DNA from: the human T2T-CHM13v2.0 reference genome, Homo sapiens | Assembly: GCF_009914755.1 (NCBI RefSeq) | Contig: NC_060943.1 | DNA length: 64,000 nucleotides | Reading direction: 5' to 3' (one strand) | Part shown: piece by piece, positions 37,428-64,000 of the stretch | Numbering within the stretch: the stretch's first letter is position 1 | Layout: every line of letters starts with the position of its first letter | The notes under the pieces: model-generated | Told to the model about the DNA's origin: nothing | Databases searched by the model: none | Seen by the model: the letters and a program-made list of their open reading frames with translations, nothing else | Made by a program: the position numbers and the translations under genes

Positions 37428-37617
37428 GGTCGCCTCCGGCCGCAGGCCTCCTGGCTTCGGTGGACCAGCGGGGGCCCCCGCACACGCGCACCAGCGCGCG
37501 TACGAAGTGGTGGCCGCACAACTTCTCACGCATCTCTGGGGTGGGCGCGGGGCCCAACGCGAACACCAGGGCAGGGCCCAGCAGCACCAGCGCCCAGGCG
37601 GGCAGACGGGGGTCCAT
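37428..37617 (-). CDS. INSL3: INSL3 exon 1 (signal peptide and B chain)
   Basis: Kozak accaccATGG; [14 protein letters not shown]...[21 protein letters not shown]; donor C|GTGAGT; 190+206 nt = 131 aa plus stop. Confidence 0.97.
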
Positions 37618-37653
37618 GGTGGTGGGTGGCGCCGGGGCCAAGCGGGGACCCCC

Positions 37654-37782
37654 TTTATAGGCGCCTGGGCCGTCCCAGCTGGGGGCCTTGGAGAAGGGAC
37701 AGAACATTCTTCAGGACCGCCCAGGAAAAAGGTCAAGGGTGGGGTTAGTGCCAGAGCCTTTCTCCCAGGGCCAGGGCCTTGG
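37654..37782 (-). promoter_or_regulatory. INSL3: INSL3 proximal promoter: TATA box, SF-1-type sites, NBRE
   Basis: TATAAA 37654-37659 (-); CCAAGGCC at 37684-37691 and 37775-37782 (-); AAAGGTCA at 37728-37735 (+). Confidence 0.8.
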
Positions 37783-37819
37783 ATGTACTTCTCCCAGAGG
37801 GAGCACTGGGCAACGAGTC

Positions 37820-40490
<2,671 letters not shown>

Positions 40491-40910
40491 CTCTCCACAT
40501 CTTTCTAGCAGTTATGAGGTGCACATGACGGGGGCCGGTCGGTGGGGAGGTGGTCCGGCCCCAGTGATGCTGGTCCCCTCCCCACAGCCTCGCTCCCCCA
40601 ACCTGGCCTTGTCCTCTGACCACCGGGAGAGCATCCTGTTCCTTCCCCACCCACAGAGAGCCTGTAATCAGCTCCCCCAGGCTGCAGCCAAGGCCAGCAG
40701 CTGGGGCTGGGAGTGAGGGGGCTCTGTCCTTGAGGGCCCCAGCCAAGCCCCACCCAGTGGTCCTCCTCCACCAGCCTGCCCTGGGGCCCCCACAGTGGCT
40801 CCCTGAGAGGTCTCTGGCCCACAGCTCTAACCGCATCCCTCCCAGCTCACACACCCTCTGAGGCTCCCCATCGCCCCAAGTCCAGCACAAAATCTTTTCC
40901 ACTGAATTCC

Positions 40911-40916
40911 TTTATT
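40911..40916 (-). terminator. JAK3: JAK3 poly(A) signal
   Basis: AATAAA on the minus strand about 1.95 kb after the stop codon. Confidence 0.75.
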
Positions 40917-41732
40917 CAGTCAACAAACATTTCCAGAGCCCCCTCTGTACTGAGGCCTCAGCCCAGCCCCCAAGGAACCCTGAGGTCAGGGGAGACAGCT
41001 GGACACAGACACTTCCCCAGCCCCAGGGCCAGAGTGGGGCTGGAGGGAAGGACAGGGCTACAGTAGTAGTGGGGGTATATGAGGGAAGGCTGCAAGGATG
41101 TGGTAGCTGGAGTTTTGAGAGATGGATAAGAGTTTTCCAAGGAGGCAAAAGTGGCAGAAAAGCTTTGCAGGTGAGGAGGAGCAGCAGAAGCTTAACCTGC
41201 ATGAGAATCCCTCTCACCAGTCAGAAAGTTGACCCTGCACAGCCAAGGGGTAAGCTCTGACCATTTTGCAGGGGACAGAACTGAGACCCAGAGAGGGAAA
41301 GGAACTTGCCCACTGTCACACTGCATGGAAGGGGCAAAACTGTAGGCTCCAATACTTGGGCTCTTAACCTCCTTACTCTGAGCCTTCTCACGCTTGGCAT
41401 GCTGTTCCCTCTGCCAGGAATGCCTTTCCTTCCCTTGATTGCGTGAAAAGTTCCTGCCAGGTTTGGTGTCATCCCTTTGTGCCCCTTGTAGGGTGAGGAC
41501 AGAAAGGGTCCCATTGGACAGGTGGGAAAACTGAAGCCCTAGGACACTCAGATACCATTAGGGTGGACTGGGACCCCAGCCTTTCCTGCCCCCTTTCAGG
41601 ATCCCAAAGAGATACACGGGCTCCCCTAAAAGGCAGAGTCCCAGCCACAGCAACTGCTCTTGTCCTTGGCTTCCTCCAGAGAAACAGAGATCGGGGAGCA
41701 GAAGTCAGATCATACATTTAAAGCTACATGAG

Positions 41733-42037
<305 letters not shown>

Positions 42038-42146
42038 CTACATGAATGTCCCCATTGGAAATAAGACAGGAAACTCAAAACTAGGTGCTGTAGTCCCAGC
42101 TATTTAGGAGGATAAGGCAGGAGGATCACTGTAGCCCAGGAGTTCA

Positions 42147-42555
<409 letters not shown>

Positions 42556-42856
42556 TCAGGGGGCCAGGGCTTAAGGGGTTGGGAAGATGCGAGAGTCTTA
42601 AATTTGGTTCCTTGCTTCTTTGGGCCAGGACTCAGCCCCACTGACACATATGCCCATCTGTCTTGAACCTTAACAAATTGCAAAGGCCACAGGCTATTCT
42701 ACAGGCCACGGGAGCCCCCCCAAATGCAATGTCGTGGGGGTGTTCCTGAAGTAGAGGACCCTCATAAGGCCTCTGAGGCCCAGAGAGGGGCAGCTCCGGG
42801 CCTAAGGTCACACAGCCAGTCAACAGAGACCTAATCCAGAGGTCTGCGGGCAGGAG

Positions 42857-45860
<3,004 letters not shown>

Positions 45861-46188
45861 AAACCATGAACGTCACCACCATTTATGGAGCATCGACTGT
45901 GTGCTCGGCTTTGAGCTGAGCCCTCATAGGCACAGGTGTTCAGGAGTCTAATCTTCCCTCACCCTATAAGGCATTACTATTCTCATTTTGGAAAAGGGTA
46001 AACTGAGGCTCTGAAAGTGCTCTGACTTGCCACACAGTGAGAGAGTAGCCAAGTGGGGGCCAGGATCCTCATCGGCCTCACACTCTACCCTTTCTTCTCA
46101 GTACAGAGACTCAAGCGCCAGCTGGCTTGCCCGAGACCCCGGCCCAATCTACAGACTGGGAAACTGAGGCTAGCCCTGCGGCGCTCAC

Positions 46189-46299
46189 CTCAGCAGGGCA
46201 GGCAGGAGGCGCCGGCAGCCTCTGGCCCTCCTCCAGCAGTTCCAAGAGGCGGCAGAGGGCGGGGACATCCCGCTCACATCCCATCATCCGCAGGAACTC
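46189..46299 (-). CDS. JAK3: JAK3 exon 23
   Basis: [37 protein letters not shown]; donor GAG|GTGAGC. Confidence 0.96.
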
Positions 46300-46430
46300 C
46301 TGGAGCCAAGGAGGAGCGCATGTGGTGGGGGAGGAGCCTCCGTGGGTGGAGGGGGAGGGGCCACCCGTGGTGGGGGTAGGGGCCATCTGTGATGGAGCGG
46401 GGAGGGGCTGCCTGAACCGTGAAGGGGTCA

Positions 46431-46781
<351 letters not shown>

Positions 46782-47292
46782 TCAGGGTAGGTGGGGACTG
46801 TGAGCAGGTCAGTCCCGTCTCCAGGGTCTCGGTTTCCCTGGCTGTGGGATAGGTGGATTCTCCAGCCCTGGGAGGTGCCTGGGAAGAGCTAAGGCTGTGG
46901 GGAGGAGGCGGGGGCAGCACGGAGGGGCGGAGATGGGGGCGGGGCCAGAGCCGTGGGAGGGGGAGGGGCCAGAACTGGGCGGGGGGAAGGGCGGAACTAA
47001 GAGGGGGCCAGCCCTGAGGGGCGGAGCCAGCGTGTTGGAGGGGTGGGGTTCTGAAGCTTGGGCGGGGCGAGAGCTGAGAGAAGGGCGGGGCTAAGGCTGG
47101 GGGCCGCTGACAGCAGGGCAGCGGGAGACAGAGGAGCCAGTGCTGTTGAGGGGGCGGGGCTCTGGGGAGTGGGAGGGGCCAAAGCTGCAGCGGAGGAAGG
47201 GCGGGGCTAAGGCTGGGGAGCAAAGCAGCGGGAGGGGGCGGGGGCATGGCTGGGGGCGGAGCCAGAGCCGTGGGGAATAGGGGCGGAGCCTA

Positions 47293-47676
<384 letters not shown>

Positions 47677-47679
47677 TCA

Positions 47680-47898
<219 letters not shown>

Positions 47899-48092
47899 TC
47901 ACAGCAGGGCCCAGCCCTGCTCGTCCCCCCATTCTTCCCCCCTTTCACAGTGGGACCTTGTGTCCCTCTCGACCTCAGTTTTGCTGACTGTAATATGGGA
48001 ACCGCAACAATGACACATTGCTAATATCTCTTGAGTACTTTCTACAACATACATTGATGTGTTTATATATCACGGCCAGGTGCAGTGGCTCA

Positions 48093-48416
<324 letters not shown>

Positions 48417-48582
48417 TCAGAAAAGTTAAGGTTTCACAACTGGTAAGGGGTAGAGTCAGGATTCAAACCTGTAACCCATGTGAATCTGGATCAATAATCA
48501 CGTTCCCAGCCTACCTAAAGTGGCCTGGCAGGAGGGTAAGAATGTGCACTTTGAAAAGCACCCATACGTCTTGGTTCACTCA

Positions 48583-49047
<465 letters not shown>

Positions 49048-49122
49048 TCATCCTGGGCCCCACTCCTGAGTTGACTTGCTGTGCAACCTCCATCTGCATA
49101 TTGACCCTCTCTGTGCATTATG

Positions 49123-49245
49123 GCAGGGCCATTGCAAGCCAAAGGGTACCTTGTGGAGACTGGAAAAAGGTGTCTCCCACTCTGTCCCAGGCAAAGGAAG
49201 CCTCCTCGTGCAGTGCACACCCTGTGCAACTCCACATGGCTACAA
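49123..49245 (-). mobile_element. MER91-like DNA transposon fragment
   Basis: Minus strand gttgcacagggtgtgcactgcac resembles the MER91 terminus. Confidence 0.5.
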
Positions 49246-49770
49246 AGATGGAGGACATAATGAGAACTCATTTCCCCAGTTCCACTGCTATGAAATGTGG
49301 CCACATGACTGAGCTCAGGCTGATGGACAAGATATGCTGGGTGCCCCTCCAGTCCTGACCCATGGAAACCTAATACGGGGCCCTCCACACTCTCTCTTTT
49401 ATCTGCAGAGGATCCAACGGGGACCCAACGCCTGAGGTGAGTGCAGCCACTAAGTGAGAGGTTCCTGTGGGCCTGGACACCCTCATTGAATGAAGACTAA
49501 ATATCACACTGGGCATGGTTGTGTGTGCCTGTAATCCCAGCTATTTGGGAGACTAAGGCAGGAGGATTGCTTGAGCCAGTAATTCAAGACCAGCCTGGGG
49601 AACATAGCAAAACCCCATCACAGAAAAAAAAAAAAAAAAAAAAAAAATCCAGCCTGGTGTGGTGGCTCATGCCTGTAATCCCAGCACTGGGTGGCTGAGG
49701 TGGACGGATCTCTTTGAGACCAGGAGTTCAAGACTAGCCCGGCCAACATGGCAAAACCCTGTCTTTACTA

Positions 49771-49977
<207 letters not shown>

Positions 49978-50553
49978 TCACCATGCCTGGCTAATTTTCT
50001 GTTTGTTTGTTTGTAGAGATGGAGTTTTGCCATGTTGCCCAGGCTGGTCTTGAACTCCTGGGCTCAAGCGATCCACCTACCTATAGCTGGAACTATAGGC
50101 ATGAGCCACTGCGCCCAGCCAAACATTTTTTTAAAAGAATGAAATAGACCAGACATGGTGGCTCACACCTGAAATCCCAGCACTTTAGGAGGTAGAGGTG
50201 GGCGGATCACCTGAGGTCAAGAGTTCGAGACCAGCCTAGCCAATATGGTGAAACCCCATATCTGCCAAAAATACAAAAATTAGCTGGGCGTGGTGGCACA
50301 CACTGTAATCCCAGCTACTCAGGAGGCTGAGGCAGGAGAATCGCTTGAACTAGAGGTTCAAGGAGGTAGAGGTTGCAGTGAGCCGAAATTGTGCCACTGC
50401 ACTCCAGCCTAGGCAACAGAGCAAGACTCTGTCTCAAAAATAAATAAATAAATAAAATATCATCATGTTGAACCTTGAACTGAGGGGACTGTTCGTTACA
50501 GTAGCTGTTGAAGCTCACACTGACTGTCACAGTCACCAACCCCTCCAACCTCA

Positions 50554-50871
<318 letters not shown>

Positions 50872-50932
50872 TCAGTCTGCCCTTCTGTCAAAGTGGGGGT
50901 TCGGAGACCGATGCCGGGTGAGGGGCTCTGAC

Positions 50933-51084
50933 CTTAGCAGGATCCAGGGCACTGATGGGCATGGTGACGCCACTAAACACTTCCCAGACCGTGGCGCCGA
51001 AGCCCCACTTGTCAGCTTCCAAGCTAAGTGTCTGCGCCTCCCGGAGACACTCGGGGGCCACCCAGGGGATCCTGTCGGTGAGCA
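50933..51084 (-). CDS. JAK3: JAK3 exon 16
   Basis: [13 protein letters not shown]...[15 protein letters not shown]. Confidence 0.96.
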
Positions 51085-51107
51085 CTGAGGGAATGAAAGT
51101 GGGATCA

Positions 51108-51296
<189 letters not shown>

Positions 51297-52004
51297 CTAA
51301 GGGGGCCAGACACAGGAAAATGCCCGGGAGGGTTTGATGAATGAAGAGTCTGTTTGGCAAACTCCTATACATCCTTCAAAACCCACTTGGTACTGCTCAG
51401 ACATGCTCCAGCATCGTCCCTGACTCCTGACATCCTGTCTTGCCCCTCTAGTTCACCCCCTACACTGACCTGGCTATGTCCCTCCCCTTCTCAAACACCA
51501 CCCCATCCTGTGACTCCCCAGTGCCTTTGACACAAAGTGAAAGCTCCTCAGCCTGGCATTCAAGGCCCTTGCTCAAGCTTCCAATGAACTTCCCTTCCAC
51601 ACTTGCACCCTGGTCTCCTGCCAACAGAACTGCCTGATAGGCCCCAGGGGATGCAACACACTATCTAGCCTGCAGGCCTTTGCCTAGGCTGTTCCCTCAG
51701 CCTGACATTCCTTCCTTCCTTTCTTCTCTTGATGAACTTCTACTCAACTTTTAAGGCCCTATCTCCAATGTTCCTTCTTCTAGGAAGCCTTTCTTCCTGC
51801 CCAGCCTCGTCATTCACCACACGCCCTGACATCCAAGAATGACTTGTTCTCTTCTAGTGTTCTCACAACCTGAACCTAAAATGCCCTCCCCTCGAACCCT
51901 TACCAAACTCCTATGCATACTACAGAGCCCACTCCCAATTCCTCTTCCACCCAGAGAAAGCCTTCCCTGGGAATGGAGGGTGGAGCAGGCAGAGGAGCAC
52001 TCAC

Positions 52005-52132
52005 CAGATAGTTGAGGGCGTAGGCCAGCTGTTTGACCACCTGCAGCTTCCAGCTGGCTGGCACCAGGTGGCCACGTTTTCGCAGATACATGTCTATGGC
52101 CCCCAGGTGTACAAATTCCTGCACCATGGTGC
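52005..52132 (-). CDS. JAK3: JAK3 exon 14
   Basis: [18 protein letters not shown]...AYALNYL. Confidence 0.96.
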
Positions 52133-52303
52133 CTGGTTGGCAGCAGGGAGAGGCGGGGTTGGGAGACTGAACTGCACTTGTGTTGAGGAGGTTCTGCCAA
52201 CACCCTGGCTCTCAGGGTCTCTCAAACTCTCATCTCTGTCTGTTCCCTCCCCTGCTGCCTCTGTTCATACAGTACTCACCTCTCCTCCCACCTCCATCTC
52301 TGA

Positions 52304-52633
<330 letters not shown>

Positions 52634-53138
52634 TGAGCCACCACGCCCAGCCTCTGTATCTCACTTCTAACCCTTTGCATGTTCTGTGTCCTCTGCCTAG
52701 AACACCCCTCTTCCTTTCCTAATCCACACTTGTCCTTATCTTTCCAGGTTAGAATGCATCTCTGTCTTCCCACAAGCATTGCCCAACCCCCAGGCTGGCC
52801 CAGCAGCCTCTCTGACCGTCCACAGTGCTCCGTGCTGCCCTCCTCACACCTCATCACACCCTGCCTGTCACATTCTAGGCTCTGTCCCAGCTCCTGGCCC
52901 ATCCTAGACTCCCAACCAATGAAACCAAGGCTCAGAAAGGTTACGTGACCTGTACAAAGCTGCAGAGATTAGAAAGCCAGGTTTGTCTGACTTCAGGTCA
53001 TTCTGGGGCTGGATATGGGTGAGAACCTGGAGCCGCTTTCCAAGGAGTGATGATGGAGAGACATAAATAAAGGGTAATGAACACGGCTCCCATCCAGGGT
53101 GGCCCAGTGTGTTGCTGGGGCTGTCATATAGCGGCTCA

Positions 53139-53375
<237 letters not shown>

Positions 53376-53427
53376 TTAGGGGAACACCTGGCCACAGGTC
53401 ACCTTTGGCCCTGGAGTCTGCCATTAG

Positions 53428-54231
<804 letters not shown>

Positions 54232-54343
54232 TTACAGATGGGAAAACCGAGGCAAGGTAAAATTATAGCATATGCCTGAGGCCACGCATCTGAGTCTCTG
54301 GACCCCAGACTGAGGTATCGCCTCATTTCCCAGGGCCTCTTAC

Positions 54344-54471
54344 CCACTCCAGGCTGTCAGCAGGGATCTTGTGAAATGTCATCTGACTCAGCTGGTATTG
54401 GGATTGGGGCTGAACCAAGGATGATGTGGGTGGGCTGTGACCTCTCTGGACCACGATCAGGTTGGACTTTT
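54344..54471 (-). CDS. JAK3: JAK3 exon 11
   Basis: [10 protein letters not shown]...[14 protein letters not shown]. Confidence 0.95.
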
Positions 54472-54584
54472 CTATGGGGAGAGGATGAGGGAGAAAAACC
54501 AGAAATCAGAGGTGAAAAGTCCCCAAGGGTTAGCTAACTCATGCCTTAGTTTGAGGTACCCTCTAGAAGCCGACCCTGAGATGA

Positions 54585-55136
<552 letters not shown>

Positions 55137-55534
55137 TAGGGATTTGGGATGAGCGACAAGGAAGGAAGGAGCCCTGCAGGGGGCTTTAATGAGCAAGTGG
55201 CACTGTGGACAACCAGGGATCGGTTCTACCAGGGATTCTGGGAGACTCAGAAGAACTCACATCTCAGAATTGTCCCATCAGAGGGGTTTGTCCAGGAGTG
55301 AAATTCACCCAGAGGAAGAGCTGAGAGCTGGAGAGAGACTAGGTGCAGATGACATGGCTCACATCTAGCTGTGCCTAGATCAAGCCAGACCTAAAGGTTA
55401 TATATCTCTAACTTCCTGAGCCAACAAATCACCTTTTCTTCCCTAACCCACCTTGACCTGCAGTTTCTGCCACTTGCCACCCACACAGGAGCTGTCACAG
55501 ACATAGAAAGCCAGGGTCCCAGATCAGCCACTCA

Positions 55535-56100
<566 letters not shown>

Positions 56101-56310
56101 TAAGCCACTGTGCCCAGCCTCAGTCCTTTCTCCTAAAGCACCATGAACTCATTCCAGTCTTTAGACCTTTGAATATGCTGTTCTGTTCACCGGGGGTGTC
56201 TTTTCCCTCCTATTCTTCAGGAACCAAATGCTGACTGATCTTTTAAATCTCAATTCAAACGTCACCTCCTCCAGGCAGCCCTCCACTACCCACCCTAGCA
56301 GTAGACCGAC

Positions 56311-56422
56311 CTGGACACAGACAGTGAGGAGGAAGCTGTCAAAGTCCTGGGGGCTGCGGCGGAGAACATAGGAGCCAGGACGTGAGCCCCCAGTCTTGAG
56401 CTTGTTGATGGCAAAGTCCAGA
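56311..56422 (-). CDS. JAK3: JAK3 exon 9 (SH2-like)
   Basis: [37 protein letters not shown]. Confidence 0.95.
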
Positions 56423-56656
56423 CTGTGGGGGAAGGTGAGAGGGAATGGGAAGGAGTCAGAGATAGAAGAAGACAGAGAGACCTGGGCTCAAATTCAGGTA
56501 CCTCTGTAGCCCTGGGATCCTTGCCAGGTGACACCCTCCCCCCATTTATAAAATCAGCCATGGGCCAGGCGCCGTGGCTCACGCCTGTAATCCCAGCATT
56601 TTGGGAGGCCGAGGCAGGTGGATCACGAGGTCAGGAGATCAACACCATCCTGGCTA

Positions 56657-56918
<262 letters not shown>

Positions 56919-57469
56919 TTAATAGAGACAGGGTCTTGCTTGGTTGCCCAGGCTGGAGTGCAATCTCAGCTCACTGCAGCCTCCAACTCCTGGGCTCAAG
57001 TGATCCTCCTGCCTCAGCCTCCGGAGTCGCTGGGACTACAGGTCAACCACCACACCCAGCTATTTTTTTTTCTTTTTTTGTAGAGATGGGGTCTCTCCTG
57101 TTGCCTAGACTTGTCTCCAACTCCTGAGTTCAAACAATCCTCCTGCCTTGGCCCCTCAAAGCGCTGCGATTGCAGGTGTGCCCCACTATGCCTGGCCCTT
57201 CCTGGGAGATTAAACAAGAGGCTGTAGGTGAAGGTGGGCGACTTGTCCATCTCCAGGAAATGGCCCTGGGGTCAGAGAGAGAGAGAGTAGTGGTCGCCCT
57301 GTGAAGCAGAAGGAATACTTCAGCTTCACTGAGCGCTGACTGTGCGGCAGGTGTGGTTTGAAAACTTGACCCCTGTCCAGGGCTCCTGGAAGGTGAGGAC
57401 ACTGAGGCATAGAGAAGGGGAGGGGCCCTGAGTGGCCACAGAGGCCGGGAATGGGGTACAGGTCCTTAC

Positions 57470-57627
57470 GTGATGGGGCCGTGGCACTGCTCGGCCACTT
57501 CCTCCAGCAGCCTCGGCGGTGCCACCTCCTTGCAGAAGAAGTGCTGGGAGTCCGTGGTCAGCCGGAAGTAGCCGTCCACGAGCGCCACGAACGACAGAGC
57601 CTCGGGCAGCCCTGGGAACTCGGCCTC
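57470..57627 (-). CDS. JAK3: JAK3 exon 8
   Basis: [24 protein letters not shown]...CHGPIT. Confidence 0.96.
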
Positions 57628-57720
57628 CTGCGAGGGACAAGCGTCAGAGCCCAGTGAAACCCGAGGGTGCCGGTCCCGCCCTCGGGGTAAGGCTGAAGGG
57701 GAGGGGAATCCTGCACCCAC

Positions 57721-57843
57721 TAAAATCTGGTTGTCTGTCCTGGTAACAGTGACCAGGCGGTGCTCTCCGGCCGGGCCAACGCGCGGGGCCTGCTTGATGC
57801 TAATGTCTACGATTTCTGGAAAGTCGCAGAAGGGCTGGAGGAC
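57721..57843 (-). CDS. JAK3: JAK3 exon 7
   Basis: [18 protein letters not shown]...TDNQIL. Confidence 0.95.
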
Positions 57844-58327
57844 CTGGGAAGGAGGGGGAGTACCGAAGTGGGGGCCCAGCGGGACCCCGCCAAACCACGC
57901 CCATGAACCCACCCCCAAGCCACACCATCCACTCCCTATCCCTTTGCCATTCAACCCTTCCAAGCCGCGCCCCCTCCTATCAACTCCAACCTCTCAACAC
58001 CTCCCCTACCCATCCCCAAACATCTCCCACCCGCTCTGCCAATCCCCGCCTCCTTCTCTCTGCCGGACCCCGCCCCTTGATCCCTGCCCCGCTTCGCAGC
58101 CTCCCAGCTCTCGGAGCCTCACTCTGCCTCTTAGTCTTGCCTCGTTCCAGCGCCCACCCACCCACTCCTCAACCCCTCCCATTTTCATTCCCGGGTCGCT
58201 CAGCCCAACCCTTCACTCAGTTTGCCCCTCCCATTCCCGCAGTCTCCTCCCTCACTAAGCCCCGCCCCTCATTAAGCCTCGCCCACTTCCCCAAGTCTTT
58301 CGTTTTGGCTCCGCCCCACATCCCCTA

Positions 58328-58768
<441 letters not shown>

Positions 58769-59106
58769 TTAGCCCAGGGGCTGGGGTGCGGCCCTAGTTG
58801 GGGCACCAGGCACACACAGACTCTCATTCAGGGTCAGGTATGAGGACCGGACCTCAGAGTAGGGGAGGGCCATTGGCGCCCACAGGTCGGACAGGGACCC
58901 CACAGGCCTTTTAGCTGGGGGAGGTCAGGTGTCTGTCCAGCTGGAGCCTGGGGGTGGAGAGGGCTGGGTTCGTGGGAGGCCCTGGGTCATAGGAACACCC
59001 TGAAAGCTTGCAGGAGAACTCCATGGTGGGAGCCCGGCAAAGCCCCGATGGAGCCCACGTTGCTCACTCCCAAGCAGAGGCCGTCCCCACAGCCTGGTGG
59101 CTCTCA

Positions 59107-59370
<264 letters not shown>

Positions 59371-59373
59371 TCA

Positions 59374-59853
<480 letters not shown>

Positions 59854-59856
59854 CTA

Positions 59857-60015
<159 letters not shown>

Positions 60016-60276
60016 TCACCCCATCTGTGCCCTTCAGGAGTGCCAGCATCATACCCAACCGTCCAGATCCTTCCATACCTCAAGGTATGACCAGCTGTTC
60101 CCTTCATGTGCCGTCACACCTCTCCGTCTGCACAGGCCATTCCCTCTGCCTCAGAAGCCAACCCTGCACACCCTTCTCCATTACAAAACTCCTACTCATC
60201 CCCCAAAGCCCCAGCTCCAATGCTGACTTCTGCAGGCAACTATTCCAGCTTCCAATCTTGGCCCCACACAGCTCTA

Positions 60277-60546
<270 letters not shown>

Positions 60547-60597
60547 TCAGAGGGGATTGGACTTCTGAGCAGGGAGGGCATGGAAAGGAGTGCTGGA

Positions 60598-63620
<3,023 letters not shown>

Positions 63621-63649
63621 CCTGTTTATAATCCTCAACGTTCTGCATC

Positions 63650-64000
63650 CTGGTATGGTCGGGTACCCTGTGTCTGGACCGGGAAGGCCTGGAGGGTAGG
63701 GGCTGGGAACTCCGCCCCCCAATCCCTCCTTCCCAATCCCTCCTCCCCACCCCCAACCCCGCAGCCCCCGTCGCGCATGCGCAATGACTCCTCCAGGTCC
63801 GCAAGGCAGGCATCTCCCGGCCTTAGTCAAAGCCGAAGCCCAGAGAAGCGAGCGATCGGAGGATGCGAGTCTCGGCTCACGTCTGCCTCGCAGCTTTCCT
63901 CCGAGGCCTGGAAGGCGAGCTAGCCTTTGCCCTGGCAGCACCCTGCCCCAGCCCAGCCATCCCCCGCCACCACCATCCTCCCCCAGTGTCTGGGCCGAGC
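63650..64000 (-). promoter_or_regulatory. JAK3: CpG-rich promoter-proximal region of JAK3 (exon 1 probably just outside the window)
   Basis: Rising CpG density; NRF1 palindrome GCGCATGCGC at 63773-63782. Confidence 0.6.

Overview
Human (primate) genomic DNA, very Alu-dense and GC-rich. The gene order matches chr19p13.11: the last five coding exons of FCHO1 (+, 189-4392), the complete B3GNT3 gene (+, non-coding exon 1 ending at 11308; CDS 23925-24491 plus 27687-28238, 372 aa), the complete INSL3 gene (-, CDS 37617-37428 plus 33167-32962, 131 aa), and all 23 coding exons of JAK3 (-, 60498 to 42857, summing to 3375 nt, 1124 aa). JAK3's non-coding first exon probably lies just beyond the right edge. 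I read the exon boundaries from GT/AG sites, and the phases add up. Most ORFs in the supplied track are Alu or GC-rich noise. I see no undescribed protein-coding system. The most interesting structure is at the RNA and regulatory level: (1) INSL3 exon 2 is read in two frames and can be reached from three donors, and it starts with a recursive-type AG|GTGAGT site; (2) a ~100-bp near-duplicate makes the B3GNT3 3'UTR complementary to the JAK3 exon-15 branch region; (3) a micro-duplication inside an MLT1 LTR creates a tandem STAT5 GAS pair with 6-bp spacing; (4) a bidirectional poly(A) cassette sits next to an orphan antisense terminal exon at the FCHO1 3' end; (5) three Alu pairs each share a triplicated target-site sequence. 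Isoform names, rs numbers and literature facts are recalled from memory and were not checked.
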